From Verrucomicrobiota bacterium (GTDB lineage: Bacteria; Verrucomicrobiota; Verrucomicrobiia; Verrucomicrobiales; DEV007), in assembly GCA_045046875.1 (NCBI GenBank), contig JASFYY010000004.1, positions 1 through 64,000 on the forward strand: DNA of 64,000 nucleotides, given 5' to 3'. The notes under the pieces are model-generated. The model was not told where the DNA came from. It searched no databases and worked only from the letters and a program-made list of their open reading frames with translations. Both the position numbers and the translations under genes were made by a program. Positions 38,261 through 47,245 of this stretch are shown here, piece after piece (within the stretch, counting starts at the first letter, position 1; each line of letters starts with the position of its first letter).

Positions 38261-40821
38261 CGTTGCGGTTGATCCCATATAAAGTGTTTGAGTCGAATGT
38301 AATCAGCGAGTTTGGCTGCTTCAATTGCTCTCGGGCTGCCTGAGTTAGCCAGGCTGTCAGCTATATGAATGGCGTTTTGCCATTCTTTTTTCTCGCGGAA
38401 AAGTCGTATGGCGCCCAGGCCCGCGCGGAAAAACCAATCCACTTGAGCAACGGGAGCATTGGTATTGGTGCTCTTGCTAAGGCGGTCACTTTTCACCACA
38501 TCATGGTAGGTGCTCAGGGCGTCATCCACGCGGCCCAGGCGCTCCAGGCATTTTGCCTTGCGCACCGCTGCTTGATTGCGCCAGGAAAGGGAGGCTTTAC
38601 TCTCACTGAGGATGCTGTCGAATGAATGAATGGCGTTCAATAGCAGATCCGTATCGTTGTTTTTAGCAGTAGCTAGATTGAACATGGCTTGTCCCCGGTC
38701 AGCCAATACGGCTAACCTCAGCTCGGTAGGTGCAGCAGGCTGGTGCTCGAGGATGCTGTCGAAAGCGGCAATGGCATCATCAAATTCATCGAGCTTTAAT
38801 TTGAATATGCCTTGTTCATGACGAGCATACAGGGCTAATGGTGTGGATTCGTTTTCGGCGAGTTTGCCCCATAATTCAATCGCCCGTGCTTGGTCCGCAC
38901 CTTGTTTAGAGAGACTGGCAGCTTTGCCGGCAGCAAAAAGAGCCGGGGCGGCCAGGGGGGAGTCGGGGTGATAGGCGGCGACTTGTTCCAGGGTGTTGAT
39001 GGCTTGAAAGTAGTCTTTTTCTTGATAATAAGCGGCTCCTAGTTTCATTCTTATTTCCGCGGATCTTTGCGAGCGAGGCCAGTGATCAAGGTAGCGTAGA
39101 GCTTGTTCGATGATCCCAGAGTGATTGCCGTCGCTCTCTTCAATCCAAACCGCAATGTAGTCTAGAGATTCCTGCTGTTGCTGGGACATGGTAACTTCTG
39201 CTGCGGCTTCCAAATGTTCTCTGGCGGAAACCGGCTTGGGGGGAACTTCGTTGAGGTAGAGTTCAGCAAGTGCTAGATGAGCGTCTGCGGTGCGCTCAGC
39301 TTGAGGGTTTTTTTCCAGGAAAAGTGCCAGCCGGTCAAAAGCCTGCGTGACGGATTGAGGAGCGAGGAAAAGGGCTTGTTCAAGCAGTAACTCAGCTTGT
39401 AAGTTTTGGTTTTTTCCTTGTTCTAATAAATGCTGGTATTGGCGGAATGTCTTGTCGTCATTTGCATGCAGAGCTGTCAGCGCCACGTTGAAGGATGCCG
39501 GGTCAGATGAGTTTCCCTGACTCTTGTTCGCATTGTTTTCAGCTGCACTGAACTGGCTTTCAGCTTTAATATAATCGCCTTGCTTGAAGGAGGCCAAAGC
39601 TTGCAAGAAGGTGAGCTGAGGAAGCAGCGCGGAGGGCGCATCAGCTAGACGCATCTGCTTTAGCAGTGCTTGCGCTGGATTGAGTTTTTTCTGAGCGATG
39701 AGAAGCTCTGCAATCCTCAGTTGAGCCCGGCTGATCACAGGATGGCTTGGATGTTGTCTAACAAAATCCTCAAGTTCTTTAACTGAATCCTGGGCAAGGT
39801 GGAATTGGGCGTAAGCTTGCCGTTCGGGATGGATGGCGTCTTCATTGGCCCATTGTTTGAGGTTTTGATGGATTTCGGTTTTTGAAAGTGCGCCGTTTTG
39901 AAGCAATTGATCAAAGGCTTGGTAAAGGAAGGGGGTGTCCGGGTGATCTTTGATCAGATGTAAAAAATGACTCAGGGCTTGCTCCTTTTGCTTGATAGCC
40001 AAGTAAGCTTCGCCAAGTAATAATACTGCTTTTTGATGAGTTGATTGAAATGCGGGGTTTTCATTTTTGCGCAAATTTTCAAGGTAAGCAATGGCTTTGG
40101 GGAAGTCGCTTGATTGCATCGCAATACGAGCCCGCAGGTAAAGAAATGCATTTTGATCGATGAGGGATTGGCTGTCATTTTCGTGCGAACCTAGTAAAAT
40201 TGTAGCCGCTGCTACGTCTTGGTTCTGAAGTTCGAATTGCGCACCGGTGAGACGAACCCGCGCGGACATTTCAGGGTCGGTTGTGTCGAGTAGGGGCTTG
40301 AGCAAGTCCCGTGCTTCGATCAGTTTTTTTTGCCTGGCTTGGTTCTGTGCCAGAGCAAGCGTTGCCCACTCATGATAAGGGTGATGTTTAAAGTCGTCTT
40401 CAGTGAGAAGCTGCTGAAATTCTTTTTGGGCTGAGGCAAGGTTGCCGTTTTCTGTCAGCGCCAGAGCATTCCAGAATCGAGAGGAATTGCTTTTTTGCAA
40501 TTCATCATGGAGGGAAAATAAAGCTATGGCTTGCTCGTATTTTCCGTCACGCACCAAGGCTTCCAACAATAGTTGAAAGGTCTGTTGTCGATCCTGTTGC
40601 CCGGTTGATGGACCGTCTTGATTCAGTAACCGTTCTAGTTTTTGTGCCGCTAAAGCCGGTCTGCCATCACTTAATGATTGAACCGCATCCCTGAATTCCG
40701 TGGAGGTTTCGGCAGATGAAAACCCGGGGTTGAGGAGCAAAAATATAGCCGACAGGCACGGGTATAGCCTGCTTTTATTGAGAGTCAGCAGATGGTGAAA
40801 TAGATAAAACAAAGACGTCAA
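38257..40821 (-). CDS. Secreted tetratricopeptide-repeat protein
   Basis: Signal peptide and many TPR units with HP-x-S/T-P turns (e.g. LGAAYYQEKDYFQAINTLEQVAAYHPDS). Confidence 0.85.
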   Translation of the reverse strand: MTSLFYLFHHLLTLNKSRLYPCLSAIFLLLNPGFSSAETSTEFRDAVQSLSDGRPALAAQKLERLLNQDGPSTGQQDRQQTFQLLLEALVRDGKYEQAIALFSLHDELQKSNSSRFWNALALTENGNLASAQKEFQQLLTEDDFKHHPYHEWATLALAQNQARQKKLIEARDLLKPLLDTTDPEMSARVRLTGAQFELQNQDVAAATILLGSHENDSQSLIDQNAFLYLRARIAMQSSDFPKAIAYLENLRKNENPAFQSTHQKAVLLLGEAYLAIKQKEQALSHFLHLIKDHPDTPFLYQAFDQLLQNGALSKTEIHQNLKQWANEDAIHPERQAYAQFHLAQDSVKELEDFVRQHPSHPVISRAQLRIAELLIAQKKLNPAQALLKQMRLADAPSALLPQLTFLQALASFKQGDYIKAESQFSAAENNANKSQGNSSDPASFNVALTALHANDDKTFRQYQHLLEQGKNQNLQAELLLEQALFLAPQSVTQAFDRLALFLEKNPQAERTADAHLALAELYLNEVPPKPVSAREHLEAAAEVTMSQQQQESLDYIAVWIEESDGNHSGIIEQALRYLDHWPRSQRSAEIRMKLGAAYYQEKDYFQAINTLEQVAAYHPDSPLAAPALFAAGKAASLSKQGADQARAIELWGKLAENESTPLALYARHEQGIFKLKLDEFDDAIAAFDSILEHQPAAPTELRLAVLADRGQAMFNLATAKNNDTDLLLNAIHSFDSILSESKASLSWRNQAAVRKAKCLERLGRVDDALSTYHDVVKSDRLSKSTNTNAPVAQVDWFFRAGLGAIRLFREKKEWQNAIHIADSLANSGSPRAIEAAKLADYIRLKHFIWDQPQR

Positions 40822-41342
40822 GTGGTCGGGTGGGAGTGAATGTAGCTGAGAACCTTACTGTCATCATCACCTGCAGCCCATACCAGTCTCAGAAAATCAG
40901 CAGGAGCGATGTCATGGGTTCTGAGGAAATGGCGATCCCCGCCACAGCCAAACATGCTTTCGGGATGCAGTTCGCCGCGCAGCTTGGCACGTGCTTTGGC
41001 TAGTATTCTAGGTAGCCAGACAAGACCTTCAAGCTCGGCATCTTTTGCAGGCAGGTCACCGGAGCGCACATGGGGCTCGCTGGTTTTGCCATGTTGCACG
41101 ACATCGAGGTAGTCGCGACGAACGGAAGCGATCATCAGCGCAGTGGTGGGCGCGGGATCGTTGTGGACAGCGCAATCTTCGACATAATCAAAAAACTCCA
41201 AAGGCTGGTAACCGGTGGACTTGAGAAAGTCATGGTCACTCTCATCATACCAATGGTTGTGATCCTTGTCGTCGGCGCGATAGCTGGAGAGGCAGCGTTC
41301 AAAGAGGTTGTTGAAGGTGAAATCCCAAGTGTAGTTTTGCAT
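40818..41342 (-). CDS. DUF5069 domain protein
   Basis: LEGLVWLPRILAKARAKLRGEL...FGCGGDRHFL. Confidence 0.75.
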   Translation of the reverse strand: MQNYTWDFTFNNLFERCLSSYRADDKDHNHWYDESDHDFLKSTGYQPLEFFDYVEDCAVHNDPAPTTALMIASVRRDYLDVVQHGKTSEPHVRSGDLPAKDAELEGLVWLPRILAKARAKLRGELHPESMFGCGGDRHFLRTHDIAPADFLRLVWAAGDDDSKVLSYIHSHPTT

Positions 41343-41371
41343 GATAAATAGCGGGTTCTGCGAATCGAAAG

Positions 41372-42316
41372 TTAGCGACTGAGTTCAAGCATTCTTTGCA
41401 GCGGAGCTTCGGCTTGTTGGCGGGTTGTTTCCTCCATGGTGACTTCCGGGCTGAGATTGAGCAGGCAGTCGTGTAATTTTTGCAGCGTATTCATTTTCAT
41501 GAATTTGCAATCAGCACAGTTGCAGCGGTCAGTAGGGCCGGCGATCAAGTTTTTATCAGGCGCTTCTTTTTGCAAGCGGTGCAACATGCCACTCTCAGTG
41601 ATGACGATGATGTTTTTTGCCAGGCTGTCACGACAGAACGCGATCATTTTTTCTGTGGAGCAGACTTCGTCGGCAAGCAAGCGAACGGCAGTGGTGCATT
41701 CGGGATGGGCGACGACGGCTGCGTCTGGGTATTCATCCTTGATTTTTTGAATGCTGTCGCGGGTGAATTCAACATGAACGTAACAGGAGCCTTGCCACAG
41801 ATCCATCTTGCGTCCGGTTTGCTGCATCACCCATTCGCCGAGGTTTTGATCCGGAACAAAAAGAATAGGTCGATCCGCAGGGGCGGCTTCAACGATTTTC
41901 ACTGCATTGCCACTGGTGCAGATGCAGTCACAGAGAGCTTTGACCCCTGCACTGCAGTTGATGTAGGCGATGACGTAGTAATTTTTATCCTGATTCTTTT
42001 TAAGGAAGGCTTCCAAGTCAGGAGCCGGACAGGATTCTTCCAACGAACAACCAGCATCTTTGTCAGGTAGGATGACGGTTTTGTCCGGGTTGACGATTTT
42101 TGCCGTTTCCGCCATGAAATGTACTCCACAAAAAGCAATCACATCGGCGTCGGTTTCACTGGCACGGTATGCCAGACCCAACGAGTCCCCCACATAATCA
42201 GCGATATCCTGAATCTCTCCGATTTGATAGTTGTGAGCCAAAATGACGGCGTTGCGCTCTTTTTTCAGAGCGAGGATTTGTTCACGAAGATCGGTGCCTG
42301 TGGCGACGGCTGGCAT
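41372..42316 (-). CDS. nadA: Quinolinate synthase
   Basis: ILAHNYQ, GDSL, FCGVHFMAE, AGCSL, YINCS, CTS, CYVH, AHPEC, C-x-x-MK. Confidence 0.96.
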   Translation of the reverse strand: MPAVATGTDLREQILALKKERNAVILAHNYQIGEIQDIADYVGDSLGLAYRASETDADVIAFCGVHFMAETAKIVNPDKTVILPDKDAGCSLEESCPAPDLEAFLKKNQDKNYYVIAYINCSAGVKALCDCICTSGNAVKIVEAAPADRPILFVPDQNLGEWVMQQTGRKMDLWQGSCYVHVEFTRDSIQKIKDEYPDAAVVAHPECTTAVRLLADEVCSTEKMIAFCRDSLAKNIIVITESGMLHRLQKEAPDKNLIAGPTDRCNCADCKFMKMNTLQKLHDCLLNLSPEVTMEETTRQQAEAPLQRMLELSR

Positions 42317-42372
42317 GGTTTATGTAAAGTGCTGAAATAGAAGGGAATTGAGGGCAGGTTTATCAGCCATCT

Positions 42373-42873
42373 TTATTTCTCAATTGGAAGCTGTTCCTTG
42401 CCCCAGTCCATCATTCCTCCATCAAGATGCAGGATGTGATGAAATTTGAGTTTCTTGAAGATGTCTAGTGAGCTGGTGCTGCGTCCGCCACTGCGACAAT
42501 GAACCAAGTAGGTTTTGGTTGGATCTAGTTTTTTCAGTTCTTCTGCAAATGAGGAGGCTTTGAAATCGATGTTGATGGCATCTTTGATATGCCCGCTGGA
42601 AAACTCATCAGGTGTGCGCACGTCCAGTATAACTATCGTGGGATTTTTCTTGAGATGTTCAGCAGCTTGGACAGCAGAGACGTGTTCGACCTTATGTTGA
42701 GCCGCAGGTTTTTTGTCAGCTTTGCTTTCAGCCTTCGCTGGAGCCTCTTTAGCGACACTGCTGGAAGGTGAACTGCCTTTTTTGTGTGTGGGAGGAGCAT
42801 CGTTTTTTTGACAACCTCCACTGAAAATAGCAGCACTGATCACAAGGGCGGGAAAGACGTAAATGGTTTTCAT
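42373..42873 (-). CDS. Rhodanese-like domain lipoprotein
   Basis: Lipobox SGGC; LDVRTPDEF..GHI, HCRSGGRS, LDGG...W. Confidence 0.9.
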   Translation of the reverse strand: MKTIYVFPALVISAAIFSGGCQKNDAPPTHKKGSSPSSSVAKEAPAKAESKADKKPAAQHKVEHVSAVQAAEHLKKNPTIVILDVRTPDEFSSGHIKDAINIDFKASSFAEELKKLDPTKTYLVHCRSGGRSTSSLDIFKKLKFHHILHLDGGMMDWGKEQLPIEK

Positions 42874-42942
42874 GAAATAGGAGGTGTAAAAAATTGTTGC
42901 TGTAAGCTTGAACTATGGTGATATCCAGTGAGAAGTAGAGCA

Positions 42943-43746
42943 ATGAATGTAGTGCTTTGTCAAACCAATATCATCTGGGAGAATAGGGAGGCTAATTTTG
43001 CCAGAATCAGAGAATTGCTTGAAACAACAGGCCCTGCAGCCCAAAGTTTGCTGATTTTGCCAGAAATGTTTTCCACCGGATTTTCGATGAATGTGGATAA
43101 AATCGCTGAAGAGGATCCTTCCGAGGTGGAAGGTTTTTTGGCTGAATTGGCCGCTCAATATGATTGTGCTGTCATCGGTGGACTGGTGACTCGGGTGGCA
43201 GGAGCGGGAGGCGCGTCTGATTCGGCTGAATCCGGGGGTGAGGCAAAAGGCAAAAATGAATTGCTGGTAGTGGACGAAAAAGGGGCGGCACTGGCCCGTT
43301 ATCAGAAGATTCGCACCTTTCGTTATACCAATGAATATGAACATTACCAGAGAGGTAAAGAGGTTCGTCTGTTTGAGTGGGGAGGTTTTAAAATTTGTCC
43401 GCTGATTTGTTATGACCTGCGTTTTCCCGAACTGTTCCGTCGGGGAGCGGCGCAGGGAGCTCAAGTATTTGTGGTGATTGCCAGTTGGCCGTCAGCACGG
43501 GTGGATCACTGGTTGATTTTGCTGCGTGCCCGCGCCATTGAAAACCAATCTTATGTGATTGGGGTGAACCGCTGTGGTGAAGACCCCAATTGGGATTACC
43601 CAGGAGCTAGTGTGGTGATCGACCCCCATGGCAAGGTACTCGCAGATGCGGGCAAAGATGAACAGCTGATCACAGTAAACTTGGTGTTAGATGTGGTGGA
43701 GGATTGGCGCAGGGAGTTTCCGGCTTTGGTGGATTTGGAGATATAA
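42943..43746 (+). CDS. Carbon-nitrogen hydrolase (nitrilase superfamily, omega-amidase-like)
   Basis: LPEMFSTGF, YQK, ICYDLRFPE (Glu-Lys-Cys triad), RARAIENQ. Confidence 0.92.
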   Translation: MNVVLCQTNIIWENREANFARIRELLETTGPAAQSLLILPEMFSTGFSMNVDKIAEEDPSEVEGFLAELAAQYDCAVIGGLVTRVAGAGGASDSAESGGEAKGKNELLVVDEKGAALARYQKIRTFRYTNEYEHYQRGKEVRLFEWGGFKICPLICYDLRFPELFRRGAAQGAQVFVVIASWPSARVDHWLILLRARAIENQSYVIGVNRCGEDPNWDYPGASVVIDPHGKVLADAGKDEQLITVNLVLDVVEDWRREFPALVDLEI

Positions 43747-43847
43747 GAGTGGCTCGGGCCTGCTCGTATCACGTCATTGCGCCGGTGTTTTTCATGACAG
43801 GCCGTGGGAATGCATGTAGCCATTTAATCCGATCTTACAGATTTTTT

Positions 43848-46800
43848 ATGAAACCCACCTTATTCATACCCCGCTTGATTGTTTTGCTTCTGGTCACTCT
43901 TTTGCTTGGAGGTGTGGGGACACTGACAGCTCAGAAAAAAAAGAAAAAAGATCCGCTGCGTCCAACACCGATGCCCAAGGTGGATGATGCAAAAAACTCT
44001 AAAACGGGCAAGGCTCCTCCGAGTCAGGACCCCAAGCTGGCAGCATTTGGTATTTATGAAAATACAAGTGCCTTGCCGAAAAAGGTGGCCGCCGTGGATA
44101 CTCTTTTGCCGCTCAAATTGAAAGCGGGGGATCGCATTGCTTTTATCGGTAATACTTTATTTGACCGGGCGGCGGATTACGCCCATTTTGAATCCTTTCT
44201 TCAACTGGCCTATCCGGATCATCAGTTGGTGGTTCGCACCCTTGCCTGGTCGGCGGACGAGACGGATGTGCAACCCCGACCGGACAACTTCGCCAGCAGC
44301 AAACAACATCTGGCTTACGAAAAGATCGACGTCATTTTTGCAGCTTTCGGTTTTAACGAATCTTTCGCTGGTGTCGAAAGGTTACCTGAATTCAAATCAA
44401 AGCTGACCACCTACCTTATCGATCTCAAAACCAGCGCTTTTAATGGCAAGACTGGTCCCCGGATTGTATTGGTCTCGCCGATTGCCAATGAAAACATCGA
44501 TCAGGCTTACTCAAAACAAGCATCTGTGACGGGTACGGCAGCCTTGCAAATCCCTGCTGCCGATATGAACAACAAGCGTCTGGCCGCTTATAGCCAGGCG
44601 ATGGCAGAAGTGGCAGCGGAACAAAATGTTGGTTTTGCGGATGTGTTCGCCTCGACTCAAGCGGCGATGGCCGACGGGCAAAGTGATCTCACTATCAATG
44701 GATCGCACTTGAACAATGAAGGTTACAAGGTTTTTGCCGACCAGCTTTTTCGTCAGACTTTCAGCGTATCTCCTCCCAGCGCTAACGAAGAATTGCGGGC
44801 GGTGGTCATCGACAAAAACCAACAGTATTTCCACCGTTACCGTCCGCTCAATACATTTTATTATACCGGTGGACGCAGCAAGACTTACGGTTATCTCGAT
44901 TTCCTACCTGCGATGCGCAATTTCGGCATTATGGTGGACAATCGGGACCAACGTGCCTGGCAGATTGCCAAGGGCAAGACCTTCGAGGGAAAACCCGTCG
45001 ACGATTCCAATTTACCCCCACTGGGGCCGGTGATCGAATCGCGTGGAGCCAACAAGTGGTTGTCACCGGCGGCTGAGTTGGCGGAGTTTGACATCGATCC
45101 ACGTTTTGAGGTCAATCTGTTTGCTTCTGAAGAAGAGTTCCCTGAGATCGCTTGCCCGATCCAAATGCGTTGGGACGCACGCGGGCGTTTGTGGGTCGCT
45201 TGTTCCACTACTTACCCGCATCTTTATCCGGGCAATAAACCCAATGACAAAATTGTCATTCTTGAAGACACCGACCACGATGGTAAAGCCGACAAGTCCA
45301 CGGTTTTTGCCGATGATCTGGAAATCCCATTGGCTTTTGAGCTGACTAAAAACGGGGTTTATGTTTCCGAAGAACCTCATCTGGCGCTGATCCTTGATAC
45401 GGATGGGGATGATAAAGCAGACTATAAAGAAAAAATTCTGACCGGTTTTGGCACCGAAGATTCCCATCACGCTTTGCATGATTTTCTCTGGACTCCGGAC
45501 GGGGATCTGATGTTCCGCGAATCGGTTTTTCATCACTCCCAAGTGGAAACGCCCTATGGGCCGATTCGTGCGGACAATTCTGCCTGGTTTCGTTTTCGGC
45601 CTAAAACCCAAAAGCTGATCACTTTTGGCAACTACCCGAACACCAATCCCTGGGGGGCAACTTATTCCGATTGGGGGCATCACGTCGCTAGTCATCCAAT
45701 TTTCGCCAGTGCCTTTCACGCCACCAATCCGCCCTATCCCAAGCAACACCCGAAAGCTAGTAATCTTCCCGCTTATTCAGGGGTCGCAGGGCATGAATTT
45801 GTTGATTTCCCGATGTGGCCTGAAGAGCTGCAAGGCGGGTTTATCAAAAATCGTTATAAACCAACCAATCGAGTTGAGATGCATCAATGGGTAGAGAAGG
45901 ATGATCACTTTGAGGAAAAATACCTCGGGGATTTGTTGTTTTCAAAAAACCTCAGTTTCATTCCGGTTGATCTACGCTACGGCCCGCGTGGGGCGATGTA
46001 CATCTGTGATTGGTATAATCCGGTGAAAGGTCACATGCAGTATTCTTTACGCGATCCCCGCCGTGACCGGAAGTCCGGGCGTATTTGGCGCATTGTGCCT
46101 AAAGGAGCCAAGCTACAAGACCCGCCAAAAATCGGCGGTGCCAGTATTGCCGGGCTGCTCGACAATCTGAAACGCCGTGAATACCGCTACCGTTATTGGA
46201 GCAAACGTGAATTGCGAGATCAGCATGATCCGGTAGCCGTAGCCCAAGCGCTCGATGCCTGGGTGGAAAACCTGGATCCAGCCGACCTGCGTTATCGCCA
46301 TCACCAGGTCGAAGCCTTGTGGACTTATCGCAGTGTGGATGCGACCGAGCGGGGGGATTTGTTGCGTGAGTTGCTCAACTGTGATGAGCAACACGCCCGC
46401 GCTGCTGCTACGCGTCAGTTGCGCTATTGGAATCAAGATCAAGCGGCGACTATCACAGAACTTGCCGCACGGGCAAAAGATGACAATGGTATCGTCAGAA
46501 TGGAAGCCGCCAATGCGGCGACTTATATCGGCAGCAAGGAGGCTCTCAACGCAATACTGCCGATCCTCGATCTGCCGATGGGGGATCATTTAAAGTACAC
46601 CATGCAGTGTGCTATCGGGGCAGAATCGCTGAATCGATATTGGGAAGCCAATGAAGCTTACCTTAGCAGTCACCCCAAGTTGTTGGCTTTTAGTAAAACC
46701 CTGGTCGTAAAAAAACAAAAATTTAAATCGCTCAATCCCAAAACAAGCGCAAAAGACAAGGCCTTTGACCGGCAAAAGAATATCAAAACGATGAGGATAT

Positions 46801-47156
46801 CCTGCATTCCCGAGCGCATTTCCTACACCTTGACCAAGTTCGAAGTGAAACCCGGAGAACCGGTCAAGCTGGTCTTCACCAACCCTGACGTCACTCAGCA
46901 TAATCTATGCATCGTCGAACCGGGTGCCTTGCAAGAAGTGGGCATGGCGGGCAATGAAATGGCCAAGGATCCCAAAGGGATCGACAAAGGGTTTATTCCT
47001 GATTCGCCGAAAATCCTACATCACACGCCTTTGTTGGGTGAGAATACCCGTTTTATCCTGCGTTTTAACGCGCCGGAAAAACCCGGCGTTTACCCTTATC
47101 TTTGCACCTTTCCAGGTCACTGGGTGATCATGAAAGGGGAGATGGTGGTCAAATGA
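43848..47156 (+). CDS. PVC-type membrane-bound dehydrogenase-like protein: SGNH-like + beta-propeller + HEAT repeats + C-terminal azurin-like cupredoxin
   Basis: Signal peptide; IAFIGNT/GFNES/NGSHL; FEVNLFASE..PIQMRWDARGRLWV..LEDTDHDGKADK; GPRGAMYICDWYN; HEAT helices; HN...YLCTFPGHWVIM type-1 Cu site. Confidence 0.85.
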   Translation: MKPTLFIPRLIVLLLVTLLLGGVGTLTAQKKKKKDPLRPTPMPKVDDAKNSKTGKAPPSQDPKLAAFGIYENTSALPKKVAAVDTLLPLKLKAGDRIAFIGNTLFDRAADYAHFESFLQLAYPDHQLVVRTLAWSADETDVQPRPDNFASSKQHLAYEKIDVIFAAFGFNESFAGVERLPEFKSKLTTYLIDLKTSAFNGKTGPRIVLVSPIANENIDQAYSKQASVTGTAALQIPAADMNNKRLAAYSQAMAEVAAEQNVGFADVFASTQAAMADGQSDLTINGSHLNNEGYKVFADQLFRQTFSVSPPSANEELRAVVIDKNQQYFHRYRPLNTFYYTGGRSKTYGYLDFLPAMRNFGIMVDNRDQRAWQIAKGKTFEGKPVDDSNLPPLGPVIESRGANKWLSPAAELAEFDIDPRFEVNLFASEEEFPEIACPIQMRWDARGRLWVACSTTYPHLYPGNKPNDKIVILEDTDHDGKADKSTVFADDLEIPLAFELTKNGVYVSEEPHLALILDTDGDDKADYKEKILTGFGTEDSHHALHDFLWTPDGDLMFRESVFHHSQVETPYGPIRADNSAWFRFRPKTQKLITFGNYPNTNPWGATYSDWGHHVASHPIFASAFHATNPPYPKQHPKASNLPAYSGVAGHEFVDFPMWPEELQGGFIKNRYKPTNRVEMHQWVEKDDHFEEKYLGDLLFSKNLSFIPVDLRYGPRGAMYICDWYNPVKGHMQYSLRDPRRDRKSGRIWRIVPKGAKLQDPPKIGGASIAGLLDNLKRREYRYRYWSKRELRDQHDPVAVAQALDAWVENLDPADLRYRHHQVEALWTYRSVDATERGDLLRELLNCDEQHARAAATRQLRYWNQDQAATITELAARAKDDNGIVRMEAANAATYIGSKEALNAILPILDLPMGDHLKYTMQCAIGAESLNRYWEANEAYLSSHPKLLAFSKTLVVKKQKFKSLNPKTSAKDKAFDRQKNIKTMRISCIPERISYTLTKFEVKPGEPVKLVFTNPDVTQHNLCIVEPGALQEVGMAGNEMAKDPKGIDKGFIPDSPKILHHTPLLGENTRFILRFNAPEKPGVYPYLCTFPGHWVIMKGEMVVK

Positions 47157-47245
47157 CCGGCAACGTTGATTGTAATTTGAGAGCATTCGCAGCTTGAAGC
47201 TTCAAATGAATCCTGGGTAATACTAAAAGTCACAACACAGCTACT

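Noticed and set aside
43704..43847. N-terminal extension of the 1150-aa ORF overlapping the nitrilase-family gene
   Set aside because: A typical signal peptide starts at ATG 43848 (MKPTLF...).
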